A stretch of 64,000 nt of DNA. Origin: Fistulifera solaris (Eukaryota). Positions 13,060 through 25,137 of this stretch are shown in pieces. The DNA lies in assembly GCA_030295235.1 (NCBI GenBank), contig AP026143.1:372001-436000 (forward strand), written 5' to 3'. The translations under genes and the position numbers were made by a program. The notes below the pieces were generated by a model. That model saw only the letters and a list, made by a program, of their open reading frames with translations, was not told the origin of the DNA and did no database searches. How positions within the stretch are numbered: the stretch's first letter is position 1; every line of letters starts with the position of its first letter.

Positions 13060-13494
13060 CTAAAGGAGTAGTGTCGGTTCACCGCCTTCACCTTCCTCGT
13101 CCAGCATCGGAAGCAAAATTTGACTGTCAATATTTCCAGCTTCTTTCGCCGACGCCTCCCAGTCATCTTGTTCACCGTACATTTCCTTCTTTTCTCTCGC
13201 AACGCGCATCCAATCTTCTTCGGTGGCTTGACCCTCGGCACTGGCTAGTTTCGCTTCGTTACGCGCTCGAGCAGCGGCCAAATAGTCGGTTTCGGATGTG
13301 GGGTACTTTGAACGAAGTTGGTTCATTTTTTGGGCAATCTCTTCTTGAGAAAGAAGCAATCGCCTTTGTTGGCCATTTTCATCGTCTGAGAGCTTACGAA
13401 TTAAAAGAGTGCGCGGATTATGTACCGAGAAAGGTGCAAAGGCTGCCGCAACCTCCATCATGAGAAAGAACAGAATTGTGAATTGAGAGTGCAT
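13060..13494 (-). CDS. Uncharacterised protein, probably plastid-targeted
   Basis: Signal peptide ending AAA-FAP (ASAFAP-type motif); 144-aa ORF with an acidic C-terminus. Confidence 0.7.
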   Translation of the reverse strand: MHSQFTILFFLMMEVAAAFAPFSVHNPRTLLIRKLSDDENGQQRRLLLSQEEIAQKMNQLRSKYPTSETDYLAAARARNEAKLASAEGQATEEDWMRVAREKKEMYGEQDDWEASAKEAGNIDSQILLPMLDEEGEGGEPTLLL

Positions 13495-13946
13495 GTCTGA
13501 TATAAAGCTATGTAGTCAGGAATGAGAACGTCTTTTTAACGTGTGACGGAGATTGCAAATGATTAATAGTGAATTCAAGTTCAGAATGAGCTTTAGCCCT
13601 ATTCCATTGATTACAACAACAAAGTTTTGTTTTATTACTTCCTTGGTCGCCATCGCATCGCATCGCAGCAAAACGCATGCGTCGCTTGCGTTTTTACCCC
13701 CAGTCGCTTATAGCTCGAGATTCTTGACTGATATTTTCCAGTCCTGGTGGAACAGTGCCTACATATTGGGCTATAGTTGAGTTTCAAGTACACAAACGCG
13801 CGCCGGCAGGGACGAAAAAAGTCACAAAACCGCCGACATGAAAATTCCTGCACCTCTTCTTCCTTCCTTCGGTTTTCTCGTGAAAAGGAAATCAAAGACG
13901 ACAGGACGTACAATAGCATCATGCATACGATGTTACATTGACGGCA

Positions 13947-15498
13947 ATGATGATTCCACTTGAAGCAAGGAAAGAACTTCTTTGGGCTACAGCAGCCATT
14001 CTTGCCGCTGCATTCTGCATTCTATTGATCCATCTCAATCGAGATCCCTTTAGTTCTGTCATTCAGTCGAGCGAAATCTTCACCCCCAATGTTGTGTGTC
14101 GTCTAGTGGTGATGGAGGTTATGTATGAGTCGGAAATGCAGGACACAGATGAGATAATATGTGTACCTCTGGTAAACGGCAGAGAAAGTAGTTTAGAAGC
14201 CCAGCTTTCCTTGCCACAGTTTATCCTCGACAACGCGGAATATTCACAAAAACTCCAACAAGGTCAATTATATGCAAACATCACAAATGCAACAATTGTT
14301 CATGGGGAACTTCGACTATCACACGATTCTACTTTTGATGTGATCGATTATTCTCCATCGCATCCCCGGCGTCTCGGCGAGAATTCTGCGACCACGGGTA
14401 CACTAACGATAGCCATCATTCGTATTTCAACCATCGATTCTGAGCCTTCAGTATCACGAGAGCAGTTGCTATCGCTTTTCGACGACAGTGAAGAAACCGT
14501 TTCGTTTCCTTCCCAGTTCAAAAAGTGCTCAGCCGGAAGATTGACCTGGGAACCAGTCGACGTTTTCGATGTTTCCGTCAATCAGCCCATCTCCGATTTC
14601 AGTTCTGGGGCGTCTATCGTCCATGCAGCAATCCATCAAGTTCAACTTGATCTGAATATTGAGGATATCACGTTCATTGCCGATCGAATCATGTTTTGCA
14701 CTCCTCCAGGAACTGGGTCGTGGGTCGCGTCGGCTGGTTTGTACCATTGGAGGGCCCAGTTCAATGACGATTGGTGTCTGTCCATTACAGCAGCTATGCA
14801 TGAGTTGTCACACACAATTGGCCTCTTGCATTCCAATAAAGACGGCGTGAAGTATGCTGATACAACCGGAAATATGGCCAAGTCATTTCGGACTAGTGAT
14901 GCACCGTTGCGGTGCTTCAATGGGCGAAACAACCACTCTACTTGGATGGTATTATGATCGAGAAGTGATGATTGATCCGCTGAAAACTTTTCCAGAGCTA
15001 ATCAAGCTCGCGGCGTTTGTCGATTATACAAAATCCGCGGAAGACGAGCCTGTCCTTGTCACACTCCCTGGTAATTTACACATTCAGTTCAACCGAGCGA
15101 AAAGTTACAATTCAGGCACAGGACTCTATCAGGACATGGTGACAATAACAGGCGAGGGTCTCGCGGGGACCGAGCTTATTGCTGGACTAGGTGTCGGCGA
15201 CCAATTGATTGTGGAATCATTTCAGAACACTGTAGCCGATCTTTCTATTGAGGTATGCGAATGGATCAAAAATGAAAACGGCGTCGATATCATGATGATA
15301 AGCGTCGGCATCGGTCCTTCGAAATGTGAAAGCGGCATTACCTCTCGCAATACAATAAACTACCATTTTCCGCCGGACGAACAGTCTCAAAACATTAGCG
15401 GACACCAAGTTTCAGTTGATTGCGCAGTCAAGGGGTTGTGTAAACTCTCTAATCGCTTAAAAGTCTGGGGCTCAAATGTAGGATCGAATTTGCCATGA
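13947..15498 (+). CDS. Peptidase M11 (gametolysin-like) metalloprotease, N-terminally anchored; frameshift at ~14930
   Basis: Zinc motif HELSHTIGLLHS, YADTTGNM, RCFNG. Continues as LGWYYDR...KLAAFVDY...FNRAKSYN in ORF 14854..15498. Confidence 0.8.
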
Positions 15499-15523
15499 AA
15501 GACGCTGCGATAAATATAAGTCA

Positions 15524-16295
15524 TTACTTCATTGCTTCCGCTCTCTTCTTTTTAATACCATCATACAATCCTTTGGCACCAGCAAGCGTGCTAAAGCCAA
15601 TGTACGAATAAAAGATCACTTCGCCACCTCTTTGGATGTTTGTTTTCTGTTTGACTATCCATTTGTTTCCGTCGTTCCACCGAATACCATCTACATCTTC
15701 ATATCCTAGATGTGTGTTTGCAGAGTGTGCGGGCTCCCAAACCTGCAAGACGTGTCTCAAAAGTTGAGATGAGCATCCAACAAAGACAATGGAACAAAGA
15801 TCTAACTTACACCCTCGTGTATTCCATCGCCGGCCGATATTTTGTTTCCAGGTAAAACCTCCCCGTAAAATTCTCCCCGACGAAATTTGTATTTCCGAAT
15901 TTCTTCTTTCGAACAGCCGCGAAGAACTGGATCATCTTTCGGCCCAACGGCGGTTCCGGTGTAATGAAATGTTTTTCCGTCGTCCAAGACCTCGATTCGT
16001 CGGTTGCAAAGAGGGTGTAAAGGATCCGAGTACTCGTGGTTAAAAACGCTATCAATTGCATGTGAAGGACTAGCGAACTGGGCCGAAAGAAGTAACGAAA
16101 AAGAGGTATTTTCCATGAGTCGGAAAGACAAGTGTCTGCCTTGCCCGCTTTCAAAGATACGGTATTTTCTGGCAAAGCAAATTGTCTGTTCGTTCGCGAT
16201 GTAGAAACCGCATTGCGAGGGGCGATAAGGAACGCTTGGCACATCTTCGCGCCAATCGCTAGCAAGACGCCGATTCCGCAATAAAACAACCTCAT
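15524..16295 (-). CDS. Uncharacterised plastid-targeted protein; intron 15743-15810; frameshift at ~16110
   Basis: Signal peptide ending CQA-FLI. Mature part YSDPLHPLCNRRI...GIHEG|VWEP...DGIRWNDGNKW is joined by a GT-AG intron. Confidence 0.65.
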
Positions 16296-16651
16296 AACTT
16301 TTTTTCTTTGTCAACGATCGAAGAATAGTTATGATGACAGAAAAATAGATTTATTTATTTACTTGTAATGCTTTCCATTGAAACGCAAAAACGCGAAATC
16401 ATCGAAATGCGGCGACTGAGTCACACACCAGTTGTATGACGTATGACGTCACTGTAGTTCAAAATGTTGTAAAAACAACATCACCCGTTCTACTATAGAT
16501 TCAAAGTGAACATTACTTTTTTCATCCACGACTGCAGTTTTCGGTCATGTATGCGGGTTTATGCGCGCATGGATGACAATAACATTTTCATTGCGAATAC
16601 AGTCGGTTTGCTTTTACTACGAGGTATCTTTTCCCATTAGTAAATAACAAG

Positions 16652-17763
16652 ATGTCGTCTCGAACGAGAATAAAGCGAAGAGAAAGGAAACAGCCAGAGA
16701 AACTCGAGGAAGTGACTCCTGCAGCAACACGAAAAAGAAAGTCACCAGTTCCTGCCAGCAATCTTCGCCATCGGCTCTTCGCCATCTCTCCAGATGTAAA
16801 TAAGGAGACTTCGTCAAACACAAAGGAAAAGTTGTGCGAGAAAGCCGCAGTTGTCACACCGAAAAAAGAGGGTGCCTCACGCAACGGAGATGACGGGGAG
16901 AACGATGATATTGTGTGTTGTAGGGGGAGTGCTGCTTATGCCGTACTGAAACAAATCAATCATGATGAGCCTGACGAAGGAATTTTGTTCTCTGAAATTC
17001 CGGAAAGTTCCCAATCGAATTTAAATCAAGAATGGAGCTTAGACGCTGCTGTAAGGGATGATTTAGTGAAACCAGTTCCGTTAGCCATTCCGGTATTCCA
17101 TCACTCGAGAGAGAGTCAACCGCAACGCGCACAACCGGTCACAATTCGACGAAACGAGGTGCTCCCACAAGAGAAAGGCTTCGCAATCGGAGATGAAGTG
17201 CTCGTGTATCAATGCAATCGTTACATTGGATCAGGTGCGTACAATCCACGATTAGTTTCGAGGCAACGTAAGGACGGTTCTAACAACCATCTCCTTGTAA
17301 AAGGAATAATAATAGATGCGGATCTGGAAGAATCATCGCTATTCGTTGTGAAATCCAGAGTCCGCGAAAGTACGTGGCAGGTTCCATCGTCGGACATTAT
17401 TCACGCAACATCTGTCACGGCGCAGAAAGGAAGCTACAGTCGGAAAAGAATTAGAGACACATTCTTGGATTGCTTGGCTGATGAGCTTCGGTAAGTTTTC
17501 TCTTTTTTTGATCAAGGGCTATGTCAACCTGGTCATAGTATTAGTGCTTGTCTAATGCCTTCTTTCATAGAAATCAGGTAGATAACGGTAAACGAATGGA
17601 TTTGAGTCCGTCTGTTAGTATATCTACCTTGGCGAAATCGATTGCATCAGATGCCTTTCGAAAGAAACGCGTACAAAAAAATAGATTAAAGAATAGCCAG
17701 ACTTATTCACGAGCAAAATTTTTTTTCAGATGCTCATTAATCAACACTTACGGTCCGTTATAG
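16652..17763 (+). CDS. Hypothetical protein (basic N-terminus); probable intron from 17491 to ~17570
   Basis: 280-aa ORF ends at a GTAAG donor; a downstream exon is plausible in ORF 17548..17763. No family recognised. Confidence 0.45.
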
Positions 17764-17877
17764 GTATCGTACGCGTCTTTTGTGAAGATGGCATCACCAT
17801 TTTGGCTATAACTTTCGTGCAGAGTCTGAATCATATAAGGTAATCATAAGTTTAACGTTTATGAATGAGTTTGTTCT

Positions 17878-18516
17878 TTAAATGTCTTCACTTAATCTGT
17901 TCATTAGCGAAGGGCAGCTTGCGCTCTTCAAAATGGTTTTCTTTTCTTGCAAGAAATCAAACCATTCGTTGTAATGTTCTTTTCGGATGTAATGAAAAGG
18001 CACATGGCCTCTGACGTCTGTTACGTAGAGGAGCCCTGGCTCCTTCTGTATTATGTACTCGACAAGATCATAACGAGGCTTGGAAGTCCAGCAGGCATCA
18101 TGCAAGGGTGTGCGGCCATAATCATCTCGTACACGAAGAGAAACACCGGCTTCTTCTGTCAGAAACTTCACCGGTTCTAATTCGCCTCTCCTGCATAGCA
18201 TATGAATAAGAGATTCCCCGAATCGATTACAGCACTGCAAGCTATTCCCCTCTGCGTGAAGTTTCCGAAGTAAAGCTGTATTGCCAGACCTGGCCGCTTT
18301 GACAACTTCGATTGTATAAGATTCGATCATCTGCTCTGACGGTGTGATGAATTCGACATCAACGGGAAAGTCCCTTGAAAAGCGAGAAACGAGATTCACA
18401 GGATCACTGTTGTCGACGCACGTCTGCTCGAGCCTCCTTTTTGTTCCGGCAAGCGCCGGGGTCGTCGCAGAGAGGACGGCGTGCTTGCGTATAACTTGTT
18501 GAGGATCTGGATCCAT
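17878..18516 (-). CDS. Ankyrin-repeat protein
   Basis: NRFGESLIHMLCRRG, DDYGRTPLHDACW, DVRGHVPFHY. Confidence 0.88.
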   Translation of the reverse strand: MDPDPQQVIRKHAVLSATTPALAGTKRRLEQTCVDNSDPVNLVSRFSRDFPVDVEFITPSEQMIESYTIEVVKAARSGNTALLRKLHAEGNSLQCCNRFGESLIHMLCRRGELEPVKFLTEEAGVSLRVRDDYGRTPLHDACWTSKPRYDLVEYIIQKEPGLLYVTDVRGHVPFHYIRKEHYNEWFDFLQEKKTILKSASCPSLMNRLSEDI

Positions 18517-19182
18517 GTTGCTGATAATTGTTATCTCTTATTTCGTTCGTTCATTCGTAATTTAAAGACAAAAAAGGCAGGTGGTTGGAGAGAATAAACA
18601 ACCAGAAATCGAGAAAACGTTACGTTGTCACGTGCCGATGATGGAAATGTAGGTTATTGCGAAACGGAAAAGGTTGCACCACGCACCAGGTTGAAGAACG
18701 CGCTTTTGGAAGGAAACTTCAAAATTCAAAACAGCTTTTAGCAGAGAGAGTATGGTCGACACTGTAGGAAGTGGTCGCATACGGTACTGGAATCACAAGG
18801 CAAAAGCCGGTGAAACTACGTGGCAAAGTTGCCACATACCCCCTCTTTTCTACACTCTAGGTTACAGTCATCGGTGACACTCACCACGTTTGACACAATG
18901 ATGACGCTGATATATGTCCGAATAGAATAATTGATGATGATATTCCAGATTCCAAATGCCGTCAAGGTCTGCTTGTCGCTCGTTGCTTCATGCATTCCGT
19001 TCCTCAGTTCCTCATCATCTGCTCCGCGCTTTTCAGCGCGCCTTTTCGCGCGCGCACACACATCACCTCTTTTTTCGCGACCGTTGACCTATTTCTTGCG
19101 ACCATCGGAGTGAAACGTAATGAATTGAGTCAAGCAACAAATACGTAAAAGCTTAAAAATCAGGACTAGATATCTGCTTGCG

Positions 19183-20400
19183 ATGAAATCTTACCTTTCG
19201 TCGCGCTCGCTATTGTGCGTTCTATTCGCGCTTTTGCTTTCTGCAACGCCATCCGTTGCCTCAAACGAGCACAACACCGAGGGTGAAAGTGCAACCGCTT
19301 CTTCTTCCGAAGATGATAGAAGACCAACGTCAAAAACTTCCGCCGAGTCTGATTTTGACCCTTCTAACGAGGACTGGGGGTCGTATTATGATCCGCAAAA
19401 TATCTTTTGCGGGAAATTTGATTGTTACAAGATTCTCGGCTTTGACTACGAATCGTTCGGCAAAGTGAAACCGGATACCAAAGAGATTACCAAGAGATAC
19501 CGCCAGCTTTCGCGTGAATGGCATCCCGATAAAAGCAAACACAAAAATGCTAAGGAGCGCTTTGTGAAAATCGCACGTGCTTATGAAGTTCTAACGGACA
19601 GAGAGCAGCGAAAAGAATACGATGATTTGCGGTATAATCAAGAGGCTTACTTTATGAAGTACGGATCATCGGTGTTGTGGTCATATGCCCCGCAAACGGA
19701 TACAACGATTGTGGTGATTGTTCTCTTCTTGTTAGGAAACATAGCGTCATGGTATATGCAGAAACACCGATGGCAAATGGTCGCAAACCGGCTTATTAAG
19801 GCAGCTCTAGAGGACTGGACTCCCAGCCAAGGAGGCACTGCCGAGAGTAAGCAGCTTCGCGAAGAAGCTTTAGCGATTCTTGCCGAACGAGAAGAACCAT
19901 CGGGAGAAAACGCGGAAACCGTTCCGGCAAAATCTGGCACACAAAAAGCAGCCGGCAAAGCAAAACAAAAACTTTCGCTGAAAGACAAGAAAAAGCAGGA
20001 GCAGGATGCATTAGAGCCCATTATCACTGGACTTGTGAACGATATCAAAGACTTTGGTGGAGGCTTTCACCAGCCAACGTGGAAAGACTTAATGGTTGTT
20101 GGATTAATCAAGTTACCTATGAAGATAACGGCTGGAATCATTTGGGAGACCAAATACTGGATTAGAAGGGCGCGTAACATAGAACTGAGCGATGAAGAAA
20201 AGGATGTTCTTACTGAAAGGGCAGTAGGCTCGGTTGCTTGGGATATTGCTTCCGAAGAAGATCGCGAGGAAATGCTGAAACGACAGCTCTGGGTCAAGGA
20301 GAACTTAATCGACTGGAAGGAAGACCAAGAGATTAAAAATCTGAGCGCCGCTGATCAAAAATACTACAACAAGCTTAAGAAGAAAGGTAAACTCGAATAA
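19183..20400 (+). CDS. DnaJ protein, DNAJC25-like (signal peptide, J domain, transmembrane helix)
   Basis: FCGKFDCYKILG...YRQLSREWHPDK...FVKIARAYEVL, followed by a hydrophobic helix. Confidence 0.88.
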   Translation: MKSYLSSRSLLCVLFALLLSATPSVASNEHNTEGESATASSSEDDRRPTSKTSAESDFDPSNEDWGSYYDPQNIFCGKFDCYKILGFDYESFGKVKPDTKEITKRYRQLSREWHPDKSKHKNAKERFVKIARAYEVLTDREQRKEYDDLRYNQEAYFMKYGSSVLWSYAPQTDTTIVVIVLFLLGNIASWYMQKHRWQMVANRLIKAALEDWTPSQGGTAESKQLREEALAILAEREEPSGENAETVPAKSGTQKAAGKAKQKLSLKDKKKQEQDALEPIITGLVNDIKDFGGGFHQPTWKDLMVVGLIKLPMKITAGIIWETKYWIRRARNIELSDEEKDVLTERAVGSVAWDIASEEDREEMLKRQLWVKENLIDWKEDQEIKNLSAADQKYYNKLKKKGKLE

Positions 20401-20683
20401 ACATAATTTAGAACAATCCTATTGCGTCTCGGTTGCGTTCCAATGATAGTCCGGAGTCGAAAGAGTGGCCACTTGTAGTGTACGCTGCGCTATACTTGTA
20501 AGTTCTCTATGCTGCGTGTGACAGATTGAAAGATCATTTTATGCTGAGTAGATATTGGTAGCTTAGTAAACATTCGCTCTAAGGCCTTCGCGTCGCTACC
20601 TATGAAAAAGTTTAGGCGTTTAGCAATTGCATTATTCATTATAAGGTCCTTCACTTCTCTGAGGCACGCCAGTAGTGTTGAAA

Positions 20684-21203
20684 TTAATTCTGGGGTCGGT
20701 TCGGATTCATATCACCAAGATCGATCGTTTTGGAAGCTGTGTTACCTGTCACGGAATAACGAGATAAATCTTCTTGTCCAACGGGCACTTGCCCGAAGAA
20801 AAACAGAAACACGGCCATCGCTAGAGTCGCGAACACAGGAACTAGCTTCCCACTAAAACTTGGTATTTCTTCGTTGTTGAGTATCTGTGCTTCGATCAAA
20901 TCTGATTCCGATAGAAGCATGTCCTTCCCTCGTATTTTCTCTAATACTCTTTCGTCGACGGCGTATTTCTGGAGCTCTTCGTCCGTCATCGACTTTGTCT
21001 TCTCTAGATTCCCCTCTGAAACATCTCCTTCTTTTAGTTTGCGAAGCTGCTCTTCAAGCCTAGCGATTTCTTCCTCTCGGCTGCTACTCAGCCTGCAACT
21101 TGTAACACGAGACATCGGAAGCAATGTCTGTGTTCGCACCGAAAAAAGCTTGAATCGGCACAAGCGAGATAAGCATCAACACCAAAGAAAGAACGAAATG
21201 CAT
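20684..21203 (-). CDS. Uncharacterised plastid-targeted membrane protein; frameshift in T-run at ~21142-21147
   Basis: ATG 21203 gives MHFVLSLVLMLISLVPIQA-F. Removing one T joins it to FSVRTQTLL... of ORF 20684..21163. One C-terminal TM helix. Confidence 0.65.
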
Positions 21204-21686
21204 GATACTTTCCGGTAAAAGAATGAGTTGATTTTGTTCAGTCTATGAAAAGGAAATAATAAATAATTACTCCGTATTGAACTACGATGATACCTGGTAA
21301 AAGCGGTTTATAGGAGCTATTATCCGCGACGAGAGTATTTTTTTATTGTGTGTAAAAGGTGACGATGACGTCATCATAGCTATTGAAAGCTCCCGCCGAA
21401 AAACTATTTCTAAAAATTCAAGCCAATTCAAATAGACCCCCTCTAGTCCCTAGATCTAGAGACTAGCATATATCAACGAACTCCTTCCTTAACTAGAACA
21501 AGGTAATCCATTTTTTGTAGCGAGCAAAAGCTTCAAACTGCTTGCAACGTTATCCATCTACCTGGTATCTCGGACAAATAGTGCTTTGCTTTCATTCGAA
21601 AGTGAGCTGCACACACATAAGATATTATTGATCCCACAACCTGTTTTTAATGCAGCAGGATCGTACACTAAGGGTTTATCTAATGG

Positions 21687-22097
21687 TCACGGTTGCTTCG
21701 AGTCGTACTGAGCCGGAGTCCATGTTTTCATCGACAACGCGTGGATCCTGGGCATGAACTCTACCAGCGCATCATTTACCATACGATGTCTTTTGATTAA
21801 AGGAACGCCTTCAAATTGAGGGCTCACAACAATCAGATCTAACTTGGCATTCCCGTCGCATTCTTCTTGAGACGCATTATGGTCGACACACTCGACGTGA
21901 GACGCATTGAGCGCGCCTAAACACTGCCAAAAATCAGTTTTGTGAGTTTAAGCTTAAAGTACGGTACCAGGTACACATAAGGCTTGATTTAAAATAATAA
22001 TTCGAGAAAAGCAAAACGATGCGTTGCGAACCGTCGGAAAAATTGGTCATGAAATGGCGTAGCTTACCTTCTCTTTTACTTGATCCGCGATCGTCAT
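21687..22097 (-). CDS. bolA: BolA-family protein (BolA2-like), two exons 22097-22068 and 21923-21687
   Basis: Manual splice (GTAAG donor 22067, TTGGCAG acceptor 21924) gives MTIADQVKEK|CLGALNASHVECVD...CDGNAKLDLIVVSPQFEGVPLIKRHRMVNDALVEFMPRIHALSMKTWTPAQY. The BolA signature is F.G..LI.RHR.VN..L...IHAL. Absent from the ORF track. Confidence 0.9.
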
Positions 22098-22508
22098 ATC
22101 TAAAACTTTTAAAAATTACAATCAAATTTGCACAAAAGCTAGATTCGTTTTACAAACGACTCATCTCTTTAGTTCTACTCGGAAATTATAGCATTCAACT
22201 TTTCTCATCTTTTTCGTCGCAAACATTATTTTTTTTCGCTCGCGCGGTCGCAATAAATGTCGTGACTTAATCTCACTGCGCAGTCCCACTAAAAGATTTA
22301 CTATAGGCTCAAAGTGTCTCTCAGGAGGCTATCGGAAGGCGGAAGGCGGACGAACGCGCAACGCGCGATGCGATGTTTTTGTGGCGCGACGATCAAGCAA
22401 AAACATCATCTTTGCAAATGCGTGCTTACGAAGTCAATCATATCATACTTCACGTTATTAAAATAGAAGATTCAATTGACAATAACGCTGCAGAGATCGG
22501 CGTGAGAG

Positions 22509-24275
22509 ATGGCGGCGTGTCGCCCGATCGCCTTGGCTCGACCACGATTACGTCAATGGTTTCGTTTCCTATTCCTGTGTTATTGGACCAGCACTGTAAC
22601 AGTCTCCGTAATATGCCTTCCTTTGGGCTCTCGGATAAGGGGTGCGTCCTCTTCAACGCCTGCCTATCCGCATTACCGCAATTACAGCAAGCTCTCTGAT
22701 TCTGCATCTCCGAACGAAGAACTGAAAATGACTCGAAAGAAGGTTAAAGACAAGCGAACTACAAACAAAAGCGACAAAAACACAATTAGCAAGAGGAAAT
22801 ACGCCGAAAATAGTGTTGTGACGAGAATAGCCAAAGCAGCGGCGCTACGAAACGCGGAACGAATTTCAAAGCAAACAGCGCCGGTACGGCCACCCAGTCA
22901 GTCCATGTCATCTTCGCAGCCTCGACTGGGGAGTTTGACCTCACTGACGGCCGCTATCGACAAACAGCTCATCGGACGGTCTTCAACAGGTCCAGGACTG
23001 AGAAACTCACTCGGTCGGCCTCGTCTTTTGAGTGATTCCTCGATGACTTCCGTCGTTCAATACAATTCACAGCAGGAATTTATGGACAATATATCCCCCG
23101 ACGCCTCACTCTCTCTCATGAACCGCCGTCACATTGACGTGTTGAAGCACGTTGCAGTTGTGTTTGCCCGCCCGTTGATTGACAACCAAATTACAGTGGA
23201 ATACGCGAGCCGAATCCGACGTTTAGTGAAAGCTATCAAGTTTGAGGAATACAACCCCGATCTTCTTTGTTTTGTCGAAACGGAAACTGTGCGGCACACC
23301 AGTCTCGCAAAGAAAAGTAAAGTTCCCGCAAGCAGTGCTGGTTATGTATTTTTTCGGCATTTATGTGCTGCGCAAGGGGTATCCTTACAGAGCAGTTTGG
23401 AGGTTTTTATTCAAGGAGTTGACCATCCAAGAAGTCCTTCGGCGGCACACACTGAACATTCTGAATTCGAATCCAGCTTGCGCGACGACGTTCCTCACGA
23501 TCCCGAGTATCTTGCATTGGTTAGTGTCACAGACATTCTAGATCATTCTTATTTGCCGGCATGGCGACAAGAGGCAAAGCGATTACGAGTGAAGGTGTCG
23601 TTGATCTCGTCAGACTATCATATTTGTCAGATCCATGATGTACAACAGAGGTCGCCGCGGCAAAGCGCTCTCCGGGCGTTAAATACTGTCACCAAACCAT
23701 CCAATACAACTGTCGAAACCAAATGGTCTTTTATGTACACAACCACGGCGCCTATTCTCTCGAAAGACAAGGTACAAGGATTCTTTTATAAGTGTTACAT
23801 CACCGCGCAGCAGCTGTATCCAGTCGTAATAAACTTGCGTGGCGTAGCCAACAATCGGGAATTCTTCCAGCGAGAGAATTATCTGTCGCTGGTTTCGGCT
23901 CGGCGATCGCTAGTGACGGATATGGAACGTATTTACAATGTGCAGCCGTCTCTCAAATCAGTTCATCATCTTTCCATTCATTCGGGTAGCCGCGTCGATG
24001 AGTCACATATTGAAACCAAGAAACCCGTCGATGTAGTACTGGAGAGTGCACTCTTGTCTTTGGGACGATGTTGCGATCTGGTTCGTCCAGCAGGTTTGTT
24101 GACAGGTAGTGTAACTTCCGCCGACTGGAAACTGGCTTATTCCATACTTGAGCAAGCCGTCGATCAGATCCTAATGACTTGTGACCCCGATCAACCGTTG
24201 GACCCCTTGGAATGGGGAAAGTTAGCCGAAGAAAGAATAGTCAACATCACAGTGGGCGTGGAAGACGGAACTTGA
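22509..24275 (+). CDS. Hypothetical protein with N-terminal hydrophobic leader; possible DUF218/YdcF-like region
   Basis: 588-aa uninterrupted ORF. VAVVFARPL...YASRI and LISSDYHI loosely resemble DUF218. Confidence 0.6.
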   Translation: MAACRPIALARPRLRQWFRFLFLCYWTSTVTVSVICLPLGSRIRGASSSTPAYPHYRNYSKLSDSASPNEELKMTRKKVKDKRTTNKSDKNTISKRKYAENSVVTRIAKAAALRNAERISKQTAPVRPPSQSMSSSQPRLGSLTSLTAAIDKQLIGRSSTGPGLRNSLGRPRLLSDSSMTSVVQYNSQQEFMDNISPDASLSLMNRRHIDVLKHVAVVFARPLIDNQITVEYASRIRRLVKAIKFEEYNPDLLCFVETETVRHTSLAKKSKVPASSAGYVFFRHLCAAQGVSLQSSLEVFIQGVDHPRSPSAAHTEHSEFESSLRDDVPHDPEYLALVSVTDILDHSYLPAWRQEAKRLRVKVSLISSDYHICQIHDVQQRSPRQSALRALNTVTKPSNTTVETKWSFMYTTTAPILSKDKVQGFFYKCYITAQQLYPVVINLRGVANNREFFQRENYLSLVSARRSLVTDMERIYNVQPSLKSVHHLSIHSGSRVDESHIETKKPVDVVLESALLSLGRCCDLVRPAGLLTGSVTSADWKLAYSILEQAVDQILMTCDPDQPLDPLEWGKLAEERIVNITVGVEDGT

Positions 24276-25137
24276 CCAATGTTAGGTACAAGAGAAATAC
24301 TTCGTTGATGACAATGGCCCCATGTCCCGATGAAAGGATTAGGCCGCGACGGAAGGAATTATCAAGCATCCATTTCTATGGTGCAAGGACTATCTTTAGA
24401 ATGTCGACGTGTAGTGCGATGTGAAGGATGCCCTTTTAAAACCTGACCACCACAAAGTTTTAGCGAAATCCATCGCCGCAGAGCTGACGCACTCTGTCAA
24501 TCTTGCTTAATGTTAACTCACTCGCTAGGTAATGGAACGCTACATTTGTTGGTCTAGCAGAGATCAAAATGATCAACGTTTCTTTCGTTGTTCTCTAATC
24601 GCTTTTTCCTGGTCAAATGACCTGCAGCTCTGAAGAGAGCGGCGCCTTGCACGACTAAGCATGCTTTCTACGTAGTTTCGAAAACTCTAGTTCTAGCAAG
24701 AAAAATGAAAAATGAACGATTGGAATGAACGACTGAACGACCATGATGATTCACGCGAGTTGCGTAAAAATAATATTTGCGCGTTGCGCGTCGAGGAATG
24801 CCGAAATTTGGCCCAACGAACGATGGCCTTATGACCGTGCAAATCAAACAGCAATGACTTTTTGTTAGAGTTAGTATCTTTTTTTATGTACTATCTATCA
24901 AAAATACGACAAGATACAAGAAACGAAAATAAACTCTGATAGAAAAAGTACTTGTGTCTGACGAAAAACTTCCGATGCCAAGTGTTCTTTATGTTTAGGC
25001 GCTTTTAGAGTTTACAGACTTATCACGGTCATCGCAACAAACAACAAACTCAAACATCATGATCAACACGAAAACTGTTGTTATCCATTGAAACAGAATA
25101 AAATCCAACCAACTACTTGCATAATTCATACGATACA

